A stretch of DNA of 62,936 nucleotides, counting the filler. It is 9 parts of 9 records of this genome, joined end to end, with 100 filler letters (N's around TTAATTAATTAA, not from the genome) between each part and the next. Parts side by side here need not be neighbours in the genome. Positions count along the whole stretch, not along the records: positions 40,382 to 46,761 come from SRR31147125_101726; positions 46,862 to 52,031 come from SRR31147125_101818; positions 52,132 to 62,936 come from SRR31147125_102141; 6 more parts are not named here. The stretch is one strand, 5' to 3'. Made by a program: the position numbers and the translations under genes. This document shows, piece by piece, positions 42,600 through 53,578 of the stretch. The notes under the pieces were generated by a model. That model was not told the origin of the DNA. It saw nothing but the letters and a program-made list of their open reading frames with translations, and did no database searches. Position 1 is the stretch's first letter. Every line of letters begins with the position of its first letter.

Positions 42600-43988
42600 A
42601 TGCCGGTATTAAAAGTTATATCACCAGTCGATGGTCGTGTTTATGTCGAATGTGAACGACATGGTCATAAAGAAATTGATCAGGTTCTGGATAGAGCACA
42701 AAAATCACAAAAAGAGTGGAAAACAGTTCCGGTTAAAGAACGAATTCCTTACATCAAAAAATTTATTAAAGCTTTTGTGGAAGATACGGAACGAATTAGT
42801 ACGGAATTGGCCTGGCAAATGGGTCGTCCGGTACGATTCGGCCCTGGTGAAGTAAATGGTACAAAAGAACGTGCTACTGGCATGCTCGATCTTGCTGAAT
42901 CATCGCTTTCGGATATTTTTGTCGGTGAAAAGGAAGGTTTTCGTCGCTTTATTCGCCGTGAACCTTTAGGTACTGTTTTTGTCGTCCCTGCATGGAATTA
43001 TCCCTACCTCATTGCTATTAATTCTATTGTTCCGGCTTTGTTGTCAGGCAATTCCGTGGTTTTAAAACATTCGGCTCAGACTCCACTGGTCGCCGAACGT
43101 TTTGCGAATGCTTTTCAGAAGGCAGGCCTTCCGGATGGTTTATTTCAGGTTCTTCACTTGAATCATGAAAACACGGCTGCGGTTATTCGGGATTCCCGGG
43201 TTGATTTCGTCGCTTTTACCGGCTCTGTTGGTGGGGGATATCAAATACAAAAAGTTGTTGCTGAAAGATTTATAGGTGCCGGTTTAGAGCTGGGTGGCAA
43301 AGATCCGGCTTATGTTGCGGCAGACGCAAATCTGGCATTTGCTGTTGAAAATCTTGTTGATGGATCCTTTTTTAATTCCGGTCAATCCTGCTGTGGTATA
43401 GAGCGGATTTATGTGCATGAATCTCTCTATTCCGATTTTATTGACCAATTTGCTGAACTAACAAGACAATATAAACTTGGAAATCCACTTGATCCGGAAA
43501 CAAATCTTGGGCCTGTTGCGAAAAAAAGTGGTGCTGATCTTGTTCGTCAACACATTGAAGCTGCACTCAAGGCTGGTGCGAAATCACTGATTGATCCGGC
43601 ATTATTTCCACAGACTAGTATGGGTACAAACTATCTGGCACCTCAGGTTCTTGTCGATGTCGATCATTCAATGGATGTTATGACTGAGGAAACTTTTGGC
43701 CCGGTAGTAGGCATAATGAAAGTAAAAGACGATCAGGAAGCATTAAAGTTAATGAATGATAGTCCCTATGGACTAACAGCCTCAATCTGGACTGAAGATG
43801 AAGATAAAGCGTTGGCCATTGGAGATAGTGTTCAAACTGGTACTTGGTTTATGAACCGATGTGATTATCTTGATCCATATCTGGCCTGGGTTGGTGTAAA
43901 AGATTCGGGTCGTGGTTGCACGTTGTCTTCGGTTGGGTATGAACATGTAACACGTCCTAAATCATTTCACTTACGAATCAAGATATGA
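42600..43988 (+). CDS. NAD(P)-dependent aldehyde dehydrogenase
   Basis: AWNYP, FTGS, LELGGKDP, GQSCC and EETFGP. Confidence 0.95.
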   Translation: MPVLKVISPVDGRVYVECERHGHKEIDQVLDRAQKSQKEWKTVPVKERIPYIKKFIKAFVEDTERISTELAWQMGRPVRFGPGEVNGTKERATGMLDLAESSLSDIFVGEKEGFRRFIRREPLGTVFVVPAWNYPYLIAINSIVPALLSGNSVVLKHSAQTPLVAERFANAFQKAGLPDGLFQVLHLNHENTAAVIRDSRVDFVAFTGSVGGGYQIQKVVAERFIGAGLELGGKDPAYVAADANLAFAVENLVDGSFFNSGQSCCGIERIYVHESLYSDFIDQFAELTRQYKLGNPLDPETNLGPVAKKSGADLVRQHIEAALKAGAKSLIDPALFPQTSMGTNYLAPQVLVDVDHSMDVMTEETFGPVVGIMKVKDDQEALKLMNDSPYGLTASIWTEDEDKALAIGDSVQTGTWFMNRCDYLDPYLAWVGVKDSGRGCTLSSVGYEHVTRPKSFHLRIKI

Positions 43989-44260
43989 TGAAATATATCC
44001 GTTATTACTTTGCTGCTTAATCCCGTGTTTTCAGAGCGTGCAATCTTTTTTGAACAATTATCAATTGCATTTAACTCCTGGATTTTGACCTGGAATGAAC
44101 AACAGAGTTTATGAAAACATGCTGCTTTTCTATTAACCTTGTAAATAACTGTAAAACGGATTGTGATAAAATATTTTTTATAGATTAAAGGTAGAAAATA
44201 AAAAGATATTCCTTTTAAAAACATCATTTAGATTAGTGACTCATTTTAAGGAGTTTAATC

Positions 44261-45412
44261 ATGCCTGAATCCAGACATACATATTCATTCCCGACACGTA
44301 TCGAATACGGTCCGGGAGCTGTTAAAGATCTTGTTAACATTATTAAAGAGAGCGGTTATAAGAATGGTTTGCTGGGCACGGATCAGGGAATTGAAAAAGT
44401 AGGTACACCTGATTTGTTACGCGGTTATTTTCAAGATGCAGGTATCAAGATAACCACATTTGATGGTGTACGATCAAATCCAACGGACGATAATGTTTAT
44501 AAAGGTACGGAATTGTATAAAAGTTCCGGTTCTGAATTTATTGTTGCTCTTGGCGGTGGCTCACCAATTGACGTGGCTAAAACAATTAAATGTCTGGCGA
44601 CTCATGATGGCCCCCTGGAAAAGTACGATGATATGAAAGGTGGAGATAAATACATAAAAGACAATATGCCTCCTTTTTATGCAGTACCTACGACAGCAGG
44701 AACAGGTAGCGAGGTGGGCAGGAGTAGCGTTATTACCATCGAAAAGACAAATACAAAAACAATTATTTTTTCCCCCTTTTTAATGCCGACAATCGCTGTT
44801 CTGGATCCGGATCTGACAGTATCCATGCCATCCAAATTAACGGCTGCTACAGGTGTGGATGCATTTGTTCACAATCTCGAAGCTTATATTATTGATGCTT
44901 TTCATCCATTTGCCGATGGTATCGCCAGGCAGGGTATTGCCATGTGTGTCGAATATTTGCCAATTGCTGTGAAGAATAGAAAAGACATCTCTGCCCGGGG
45001 AAATATGTTAATGGCCTCTGCTATGGGTGCTACAGCTTTTCAAAAAGGACTCGGTTTGAATCATTCAATAGCACATGCCCTGGGTGTCTTGTTTGATACA
45101 CATCATGGTTTAGCTAATGCCGCAATTTTATTACAGGTTATGAAATTTAATGCAGCGGATGCACATGTAAATAAAAAGCTTGCATCACTGGGATCCGTTT
45201 TTAACACGGAAAACAATGCGGATGCTGTGTTGGCGAAAATGGAGGATTGGCTTGTATCCCTTGATATGCCAGTGACTTTGGAAGGTTTGAACATTGAAAA
45301 GGAACGAGTGCAGGAAATTGAGGACTATGCTTTAAAAGATCCATGTTGTCCTTTAAATCCGCGTAAAGTACAAAAAGGGGATGTAGTTAATTTGATAACA
45401 CAAATTCTTTAG
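44261..45412 (+). CDS. Iron-containing alcohol dehydrogenase
   Basis: GGGSPIDVAK, PTTAGTGSE, DAFVH, HSIAH and HHGLAN. Confidence 0.93.
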   Translation: MPESRHTYSFPTRIEYGPGAVKDLVNIIKESGYKNGLLGTDQGIEKVGTPDLLRGYFQDAGIKITTFDGVRSNPTDDNVYKGTELYKSSGSEFIVALGGGSPIDVAKTIKCLATHDGPLEKYDDMKGGDKYIKDNMPPFYAVPTTAGTGSEVGRSSVITIEKTNTKTIIFSPFLMPTIAVLDPDLTVSMPSKLTAATGVDAFVHNLEAYIIDAFHPFADGIARQGIAMCVEYLPIAVKNRKDISARGNMLMASAMGATAFQKGLGLNHSIAHALGVLFDTHHGLANAAILLQVMKFNAADAHVNKKLASLGSVFNTENNADAVLAKMEDWLVSLDMPVTLEGLNIEKERVQEIEDYALKDPCCPLNPRKVQKGDVVNLITQIL

Positions 45413-45426
45413 AAGCGAGCTCTGAT

Positions 45427-46176
45427 ATGATAAAAGCCATTACGTTTGATTTATGGGATACTGTATTTATTGATGATTCAGATGAACCCAAACGAAAGGC
45501 ATCAAATCGTCCCACAAAAACGGTTGAACGACGTGATCTGGTGGAAAAGTTTGTCAATAAACACAACACTATACCACGAGAGATCATTGATGTTGTTTAT
45601 AATACAACCGATGCGGCTTTCCGAAAAGTATGGCATGATACTCATGTCACATGGACCGTACGGGAAAGACTTGACATAATCTTTAAAGGTCTGGACACGG
45701 AACTTCCGGCAGAGGATATGTCTGAAATTGTACGTTTGCACGAAGAGATGGAGCTGGAATTTCGTCCAAATTTCGTTCCAGGTGTGCACGATGCGATAAA
45801 AAAGTTAAAACAAAACTATAAACTCGGTGTGATTTCCGATGCTATTTTTAGTCCGGGCCGTGCATTGCGGCAACTGTTGGATGGCGAAGGATTAAAAGAG
45901 ATGTTTGACGTATTTGTGTTTTCCGATGAAGTAGGTCACTCAAAACCTCATCCAACGGTATTTGAGGCGGCATGCAAGGGGCTCGATTCAGAGCCGCATG
46001 AAATCGTCCATATTGGAGATCGCGAACATAATGATATATTAGGTCCCCTTAATGCTGGTTTTGGTGCGGTTTTGTGTACTGCTGCTCTCGATCGGGACAG
46101 TGCAAACACAAAAGCGAACGCTATTTTCAGTGATTATAGTGAACTCTATGATATTATGGAATCTTTGCAAAAATAG
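45427..46176 (+). CDS. HAD-superfamily hydrolase
   Basis: FDLWDT motif I, SKPHP and HIGDREHND. Confidence 0.9.
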   Translation: MIKAITFDLWDTVFIDDSDEPKRKASNRPTKTVERRDLVEKFVNKHNTIPREIIDVVYNTTDAAFRKVWHDTHVTWTVRERLDIIFKGLDTELPAEDMSEIVRLHEEMELEFRPNFVPGVHDAIKKLKQNYKLGVISDAIFSPGRALRQLLDGEGLKEMFDVFVFSDEVGHSKPHPTVFEAACKGLDSEPHEIVHIGDREHNDILGPLNAGFGAVLCTAALDRDSANTKANAIFSDYSELYDIMESLQK

Positions 46177-46185
46177 GCGAAAAAA

Positions 46186-46761
46186 ATGGAAGAAGCGATA
46201 CGATTTTTAATTCTCGATGGTTATCCACAAAAAAGTCGGGAACAGTTTAATCAGGTTGGTATGACACTGGCGGGCCAGTTATATGCTGATCTGTTATTAA
46301 AACACTTACCAGATGCTCAGGTTGATATTCTTTATACAAGCGATCCGGAAACGGAAATACCAGAGGATGTGAGTCAATATAGTGGTATTTTATGGCCAGG
46401 ATGTAACCTGACAGTGTATCATACCGATGATGAACGGGTTACTCGAATGCTCCGAATTGCTGAATTGGGTTATGAGACTGGAGTACCTCAATTCGGGAGT
46501 TGTTGGGCCGCTCAGGTTGCCGTTTTTGTGGCTGGTGGTAAAGTTGAACCAAATCCCAAAGGCCGGGAGATGGGTGTTGCCAGAAAGGTTTTTCTGACTG
46601 ATGAAGGTAGAAATCATCCTATGTATGATAGTAAACCACCTGTATTTGATGGGTTTATAAGTCATGATGATCACATAACCGGGCTGCCAGCCGGAGCTTT
46701 GCATTTGGCAGGAAACAGTTTTACCAATGTGCAGGCAGTGGCCGTTAATTATAAAAAGGGG
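46186..46761 (+). CDS. Type 1 glutamine amidotransferase-like protein, 3' truncated
   Basis: FGSCWAAQ nucleophile elbow, GREMG and SHDD. Confidence 0.85.
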
Positions 46762-46861
46762 NNNNNNNNNNNNNNNNNNNNNNNNNNNNNNNNNNNNNNN
46801 NNNNNTTAATTAATTAANNNNNNNNNNNNNNNNNNNNNNNNNNNNNNNNNNNNNNNNNNNN
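46762..46861. other. Artificial contig linker
   Basis: N44-TTAATTAATTAA-N44. Confidence 0.98.
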
Positions 46862-46985
46862 TTTTTAACCAAAACCAATAACCTACAGCTATATAAAAAC
46901 ATGCGTAAGCTTGTGTTTTTTATCGTACTAATTTTTGCTGTTGGTAATTCAAATACTTCAAAAAAAGATTTAAACCGACATAAAA

Positions 46986-48977
46986 ATGAGCTTAGTCAGC
47001 AGCGTATTAAAAGCATTAATTTTAAAAAAATTGCAAAGGCTATTTAAGCTAACAGTACTCGTATGTTTTGTTCTTGGTTTTTGTGCCGGAAATGTTTTTG
47101 CACATTCTAAAGAATATTCTTCAGAGATAGATAAGTTGTTTTCAAGATTAAACCTCAACACAAAAGAACTTGCACAAGTAAAAGCCAATTCTCAAAATAA
47201 ACAGAAAGCAGTTCAGGAACTATTAAAATATTATAAAGCCCGCACCTCAGTAAAACATCCTTCTGTTGAAATTTTAGATGAAGAGTTAGCCGAAAAAGAT
47301 ATAAAATACGCCAACGATGCTCTCCGCCATATTTTTGTAGGACAACCGGCTTACGATTCGCATTTCTGCGGAGAAAATATTAATTGGAGTTCAAGCCCGG
47401 TTCCGGATAAGGAATGGGTTTGGCAATTGAACCGAATGTACTTTTGGAACTCGATGGCAAAAGTTTACACAAAATCGGGCGATGAAAAGTATGCCAAAGA
47501 ATGGAGTAAACAAATTGTACACTGGGTAAAAAACAATCCTCGCGATAAGGAGCATAAATATGCATGGCGCTCCATTGAAACAGGTATTCGCGGAAGAAGC
47601 TGGATAGATTTATTTTTCCGCTTTTATCAATCAACGAATTTTGATGAGGAAACCCTCGTTTATTTCTTAAACAGTTTATTCGATCATGCCGAGTTTTTAA
47701 TGACTCAATATCGCTCGAAAAGCAACTGGGGTTTAATGGAGGCCGAAGGAATGGCATTTATTGCAATTACTTTTCCCGAATTTAATAATGCCGAAACGTG
47801 GAAAACAGAAGCCTTCAGAAGATTAAATAACGAAATAACATTGCAGGTTTATCCCGACGGGCACCAGCGCGAGTTGGCAATCGGTTATCACATTGGTTGT
47901 ATTCGGTGGTTTTATCGTACATACGAATTCGCTAAAATGAACGGACAAGAAAATGCATTCTCTCAATCGTACCTCGAAATGATTGAGCGAATGTGTGAAG
48001 TGCCTATGAAAATAGGTTTTCCAGATGGCACCAACGTTCAGTTTGGCGATGCCTGGCAAGGAAAATCCGGGCAACACGCAGATCTGTTTTCAGAATGGGC
48101 CGAAATGTTTAATCGTAAAGATTTTTTGTATTTGGCTACCGATGGTAAAAAAGGGAAAGCTCCGGAACAAACGGCTTATGCATTACCCGAAAGCGGTATT
48201 TTTTCGATGCGAAGTGGCTGGAATAAAGATGTAATTTGCCTGGTTTTAAAATGTGGTCCCGATGGTGGCGGACATTGTCAGCCCGATAACGGAACATTCT
48301 CGCTATATGCCGGAGGCAGAAACTTAATGCCCGACGCAGGCAGTTACATATACAGCGGTAATCCGGAATGGCGTAATTGGTTTCGCCAATCTAAAATCCA
48401 TCAAACATTAACTTTAAACGGCGAGAATACAGAATACGCACCCAAACTGTTAAAATGGGAACCCGGAGAAAAGCTGGATATTCTGGTTGTTGAAAATAAA
48501 AGCTACGAAAACTTAACCCACCGCCGTTCTGTTTTTTTTGTTGATAAAAAGTATTTCGTAATAGTTGACGATGCAACAGGAAGCGGAACCGGCAATGTCG
48601 ATATTCATTTTCAGTTGGCTCCCGGTGGAGGAATGGTACTAAACCACGATGAATACTCTGTTCGTTCCGATTTTAAAGAAGGCTGGAATGTTTATGTAAA
48701 AACATTGAAACAAAAACAATTAGAAGTAACAGAACAAGAAAGTTGGGTGTCTTTTGAATATACCAAAAAAGAACCTCGTCCGGCTTTTAGTTTTCGATTG
48801 AAAAAAGAACAGGAAAATCAGCCGGTTCGGTTTGTTACTGTTGTTGCTCCATACAAAAAAACTATTCCTAAAATAGAAGTTAATGTACTGGAAAACAAGG
48901 GGCTAAATTATTCAGAGCTTCAGATTCGGGTTCTGGAAAATGAAAAAGAAAATATAATAGGATACAAATTATTTTAA
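46986..48977 (+). CDS. Heparinase II/III-family polysaccharide lyase (PL12-like)
   Basis: Signal peptide, WRSIETGIR, SNWGLME, PDGHQRE, MRSGW, HCQPD and HQTL. Exact start uncertain. Confidence 0.85.
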   Translation: MSLVSSVLKALILKKLQRLFKLTVLVCFVLGFCAGNVFAHSKEYSSEIDKLFSRLNLNTKELAQVKANSQNKQKAVQELLKYYKARTSVKHPSVEILDEELAEKDIKYANDALRHIFVGQPAYDSHFCGENINWSSSPVPDKEWVWQLNRMYFWNSMAKVYTKSGDEKYAKEWSKQIVHWVKNNPRDKEHKYAWRSIETGIRGRSWIDLFFRFYQSTNFDEETLVYFLNSLFDHAEFLMTQYRSKSNWGLMEAEGMAFIAITFPEFNNAETWKTEAFRRLNNEITLQVYPDGHQRELAIGYHIGCIRWFYRTYEFAKMNGQENAFSQSYLEMIERMCEVPMKIGFPDGTNVQFGDAWQGKSGQHADLFSEWAEMFNRKDFLYLATDGKKGKAPEQTAYALPESGIFSMRSGWNKDVICLVLKCGPDGGGHCQPDNGTFSLYAGGRNLMPDAGSYIYSGNPEWRNWFRQSKIHQTLTLNGENTEYAPKLLKWEPGEKLDILVVENKSYENLTHRRSVFFVDKKYFVIVDDATGSGTGNVDIHFQLAPGGGMVLNHDEYSVRSDFKEGWNVYVKTLKQKQLEVTEQESWVSFEYTKKEPRPAFSFRLKKEQENQPVRFVTVVAPYKKTIPKIEVNVLENKGLNYSELQIRVLENEKENIIGYKLF

Positions 48978-48987
48978 ACCAACTAAT

Positions 48988-50857
48988 ATGAAACTAAGAA
49001 CTAACTTAATTATTGGAGTGCTTTGCCTGGCAATTTTGTTACCGGCAATGGCACAGGAAAATGAAACTCCCATGCTCGACAATCCCATGTCGGTGCAATA
49101 CCTGAAAAAGAATCTTCGGAAATCGCAACCACGTTTGGTTTTCAATTCAACTATTGAGAAAAATCTCAAAAAGAAAATGAAAACCGACCCGGTATTGCAG
49201 AATATGTACGCTGCCATAAAATTAAATGCCGAATCGGTTTTCGAAGAATCGTTGCTTACAAGAAATGTGGTTGGCCGCCGTTTGCTCGGAACTTCGCGCG
49301 AAATGTTGTGGCGTGTTAATATGCTGGGATTTGTTTACCGAATGGAGAAAGACCCGAAAGCTTTACAGCGAATTAACGATGAACTTATTGCTGTTTGTAA
49401 TTTTTCAGATTGGAATCCGTCGCATTTTCTCGATGTGGCAGAAATGAGTATGGCAGTGGCTTTTGCTTTGGACTGGACAGCCGGGGCACTTCCTAAATCT
49501 ACACAAAATTTAGCTGTAAAAGCATTAGTCGAAAAAGGAATAAATCCAAGCTGGCGCGAAGATGGAAAACATCCGGGTTGGGCGTATGGACACAATAACT
49601 GGAGCTAAGGTTTGTAACGGAGGAATGATAGCAGCTGCAATTGCTGTTGCCGAAGTCGATCCGGACCTGGCTGCCAAAACCATTCATCGTTCTTTAGATG
49701 GAATTCCACAGGCACTTGTTCAATATAGTCCCGATGGTGTTTATCCCGAAGGTTCAACCTACTGGAGTTACGGCACCCGCTTTTCGTGCGTTACCGCAGC
49801 CATGTTAGAAAGTGCGTTTGGTACCGATTTCGGTCATACCGAATATCCAGCTTTTGTTGAAAGTGCTATGTATCGTTCGTTAATGAACACACCTTCGGGC
49901 TGGTACTTTAATTTTGCCGATTGTGGCGATAAAAGAGGCGAAGCCGGCGATATTGCTTTGGCCTGGTTTGCAGCAAAAACAGGCAATAAAACCTTTTTCG
50001 AAAAAGAACGTTTTTTAATGCCTGCCGAAGAGATGGGAAAACTTTCGCGTTTGGCAGGTGCCGGAATGGCATGGCTTTCGCAATACAAAGAACAGGGCGA
50101 AGTGAAAATGCCAACGGCCTGGAAAGGCGACGGTTCGAATCCTATTGTTGTTTTTAAAGGTGATGAAAACGATTCGCGTAATTATTATTTTGGCGGAAAA
50201 GGCGGACGTGCAACTACCAGTCACGGTAATATGGATGCGGGCTCGTTTATTTTCGAATTGAATGGAGTTCGCTGGGTAGTCGATCCGGGGAATCAGCCTT
50301 ATCATGAGTTGGAAAAAACAGGTTTTAATTTGTGGAGCAGCTGCCAGGATTGCCAGCGTTGGACTCTTCTTACAAAAAATAATTATGGGCACAGTACGAT
50401 AACGGTTAACGATGAATTGTTTGTTAATGATGGAACCGCGACCCTCGAAGATTTTAAAGATGGTAAAAAGCCTGAAGCAAGTTTTGATATGACTGCCGTT
50501 TATGGCGAAAATATGAAAAGTGCCAAACGTAAATTTTTGAAGGACAGCCCAACTTCTGTTGTTATTGAAGATGTTTTGGAAACTTCGGAAAAAACCGAAT
50601 TAATTACATGGCAACTTATGACCACCGCCGAAGTAGATTTGGTTGATGGAGGCGCAATTTTAAAACAGGATGGAAAAGAACTGAAAGTGGAAAACCTTTC
50701 TCATCCGTACCTCGAAATATCTGTTGTTTCGCTTTATCCGGCACCAATGAAACTCGACCGCCAAATTGAAGGCTTAAAACGTTTGGAAATTCGCATACCT
50801 GCCTGGATAGTTAAAGACGGAAAAGCTACTTTGAAAGTACGTCTTTCAGGAGAATAG
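48988..50857 (+). CDS. Heparinase II/III-domain lyase, paralog A (frameshift near 49603)
   Basis: WNPSHFLDVAEM, HNNW/VCNGG, PDGVYPEG.TYWSYG, HGNMDAGSF and HSTI, split over two ORFs. Confidence 0.82.
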
Positions 50858-50882
50858 TATTTAGAATCGAACTCAGATTATT

Positions 50883-50965
50883 AGCCCCAACGGGGCGACA
50901 TGTAATAGCACAGGGCGCTAGCCCTGTGTTATTAAGACCAAATTTGAATTAGCCCTGAAGGGGCG
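50883..50965. repeat. REP-like composite palindromic element
   Basis: AGCCCCAACGGGGCG and AGCCCTGAAGGGGCG units flank the hairpin TAATAGCACAGGGC-GCTA-GCCCTGTGTTATTA. Confidence 0.7.
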
Positions 50966-50981
50966 AAACAATTACACCGCA

Positions 50982-52031
50982 ATGAAAAGCTTAAACCAAT
51001 TTAAAAATACGGTCTGTATGCTCATCATTTTTGTGTTAAGTTCACAAGTATTTGCACAAAATGAAAATGAGCCTCAAAAACTCGATAATCCCATCTCTGT
51101 CGAATATCTGAGAAAGAACCTGGCAAAAAAATCTCCACGCCTGGTTTTGAATAAGCACTTAGAAAAAAATCTTAGGAAGAAATTAAAAACAGATCCTGTT
51201 ATTCAAAATATGTACAAAGCCATTAAACTGAATGCCGAGGCGGTCTTCGAGAAACCAATCATCAACCTCGATATTCCAATGGAGGAGAGATCACAGAATA
51301 ATCAGTTGGATATTTCGAGAGATTTGCTTCATCGAATTAGTATGATGGCGATGGTTTACCGGATTGAAAAAGATCAACGAATGTTGGGTCGAATCAACGA
51401 GGAGGTAATTGCTGCATGTAATTTTCCAAGTTGGTTTCCAAAACATTTCCTCGATGTTGCCGAAATGTCGCTGGGGATAGCCCTTGCTATTGACTGGACA
51501 GCCGGAGACTTGCCAAAATCTACCATAGAACTGGCTAAAAAATCGCTGGTAGAAAAAGGGATTAAACCAAGCTGGCCGGAAAGTGGAAGACGCGGTCCTT
51601 TTTATGGACACAGCAACTGGAATCAGGTGTGTAACGGCGGAATGGTTGCGGCTGCAATTGCCGTTGCCGAATACGAACCCGAACTGGCGGCAAAAACACT
51701 GCACCGTGCACTCGACGGGATGGGAAACGCGCTGGATAAATACGGACCCGACGGAGTTTATCCCGAAGGTGCCACCTACTGGAGATACGGGACTTCGTTT
51801 ACAGTTACAACAGCAGCCATGTTCGAGAGTGCATTTAATACTGATTTCGGAGTTTTTGAATATCCCGGATTTAAGGAAAGTGCGGTGTTCAGTATCCTTT
51901 CAGTTGCTCCATCGGGGTTGGTCTATAATTTTGCCGACTGTGGCGAGCGGCGAGGCAAAAATGGCAACATCACCTTAGCCTGGTTTGCATCAAAAACAGG
52001 CAATAAAAGTTATTTCGAAAAAGAGCTTTTT
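50982..52031 (+). CDS. Heparinase II/III-domain lyase, paralog B, 3' truncated
   Basis: Closely similar to paralog A (LDNPISVEYLRKNL, HFLDVAEMS, NWNQVCNGG, PDGVYPEG). Confidence 0.82.
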
Positions 52032-52131
52032 NNNNNNNNNNNNNNNNNNNNNNNNNNNNNNNNNNNNNNNNNNNNTTAATTAATTAANNNNNNNNNNNNN
52101 NNNNNNNNNNNNNNNNNNNNNNNNNNNNNNN
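52032..52131. other. Artificial contig linker
   Basis: N44-TTAATTAATTAA-N44. Confidence 0.98.
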
Positions 52132-53033
52132 GGGGTCATCATTTGATCAAATTCCCAATATCGCAGGATTGCTTCATAAGTGCTGAGTTCTCTTGGGGGA
52201 CGGTTTCTTGTCTCTTTTCTGATGATTCTGGGGAGTACACCGAAATCACCACAAAGTTCTGAAGCAAATACACGGACAATTTTATCTTTGAATGAATAGA
52301 GATCCGGCAGTTTGTCAAGTGAACGACAAATGTCACTCCAAACCCGTATGTTGGTTTTGGTATCAACAAGATAAACAAGAAGTTTAATCGTCTCGTTCTC
52401 CTGGCAGACTTCTCCCTCGAGAATAAATCTTGGAGAATTATTCACCTCAGTACGTTTTGCCCCCTCAGGTGAGTGGTAAACCCTGAAGTTCTCGAATTGC
52501 GAGATTTCGATTGCCAGTTCAGCAGATATTCCGGTGCCGATATAGTCTTTCTCAGGATCTCCGGTGCTATTTGTAAAAGAATTAATCTGCAGGATAGGCC
52601 AAGCTTTTCGAGGACTCGCTACCGCTTCCTTAGCGGCGACGTTCTTCGGAGTATGCGGGGTAAATGTCGGGACATAGGTGCCTTTGGGGATGTCGATTAC
52701 GATTGGATCGGATTTGCCTTCAAGCAGATAGTACCTCTCTAGTGCTCGTCTCAGTTTATTGGCCTGAATACTGACAATGGGATCATAAGCGGCGTCAAAA
52801 TTTTCAGACCTACCGAAGACCTGGGTCGCGACAGTATACCCTTTGATATTGCCAGTTCTGTCGGCCAAAACCTCATGTACAACATAACTCAGAAATTTTC
52901 GCTGCTGTTCCGTAGCGGTAAAATCAGAACTGGCAAGAACTTTCCGGGTTTCCTCTCGAATGAGATCGTGATACCCTTCAGGTACGGTGGAAAAACCCTT
53001 TTCCTGGTACGTTTCTGAATCCAGCTTCATCAT
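52132..53033 (-). CDS. Putative regulator: N-terminal winged-helix-like domain plus TolB-N-like domain, 3' truncated (TPR expected)
   Basis: KGYTVATQVFGR, DPIVSIQANKLRRALERYY and IPKGTYVP, then FTNSTGDPEKDYIGTGISAEL. Confidence 0.75.
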
Positions 53034-53250
53034 TGGAGAGACGCTCCCTGGTACACTTGAAAACCAGTCATTTTACGGCACTATGAGTCCCGGCTCCTGT
53101 ATCTAATTTAACCTATATTAGGTACCGGCTATGGATGGAAGTGCTGTATTGTTATCTGGATGATTTTTTTGTTAAAGAAGCAGGTTGCTCCTCAGATTTT
53201 CTTATAACATTAACATCAACTTCACTCAAGGCTGAACACAGTATCAGGCT

Positions 53251-53541
53251 ATGGCTAAGATCCACCCGCTGATCCATCCAATCTTGATTCCGATCATTGA
53301 GTGTTATCCTGAATACAAGGATATCGTCTATGGGCATTTCAGAGAAAATCAGTCTTTTTATGAAATATGCCTGGACTACGAACTATGTCAAAAAACGTTG
53401 CTTTACTGGCGAAACCAAGTCAGTGAAGAATCGATAATACGGATTGCGGAATATGAAGACCTTCTCAGCAGTCTTGAACGGGAAATTTTACAATATCTGG
53501 CTGATTGTTATTCGGTAATACGTAGAGAAAGTGCAGGTTAG
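53251..53541 (+). CDS. Small helical hypothetical protein
   Basis: 96 aa with F.EICLDY and RIAEYEDLL..LE.EI pattern; first gene of the + strand cluster. Confidence 0.65.
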   Translation: MAKIHPLIHPILIPIIECYPEYKDIVYGHFRENQSFYEICLDYELCQKTLLYWRNQVSEESIIRIAEYEDLLSSLEREILQYLADCYSVIRRESAG

Positions 53542-53578
53542 GATGAACATCTGGAAATAATACCAAGGAGATCCTGTT

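Noticed and set aside
46901-47047. 48-codon ORF with a signal-peptide-like start ahead of the first lyase
   Set aside because: It is short, near a contig end and overlaps the lyase start; it cannot be distinguished from a remnant or an error.
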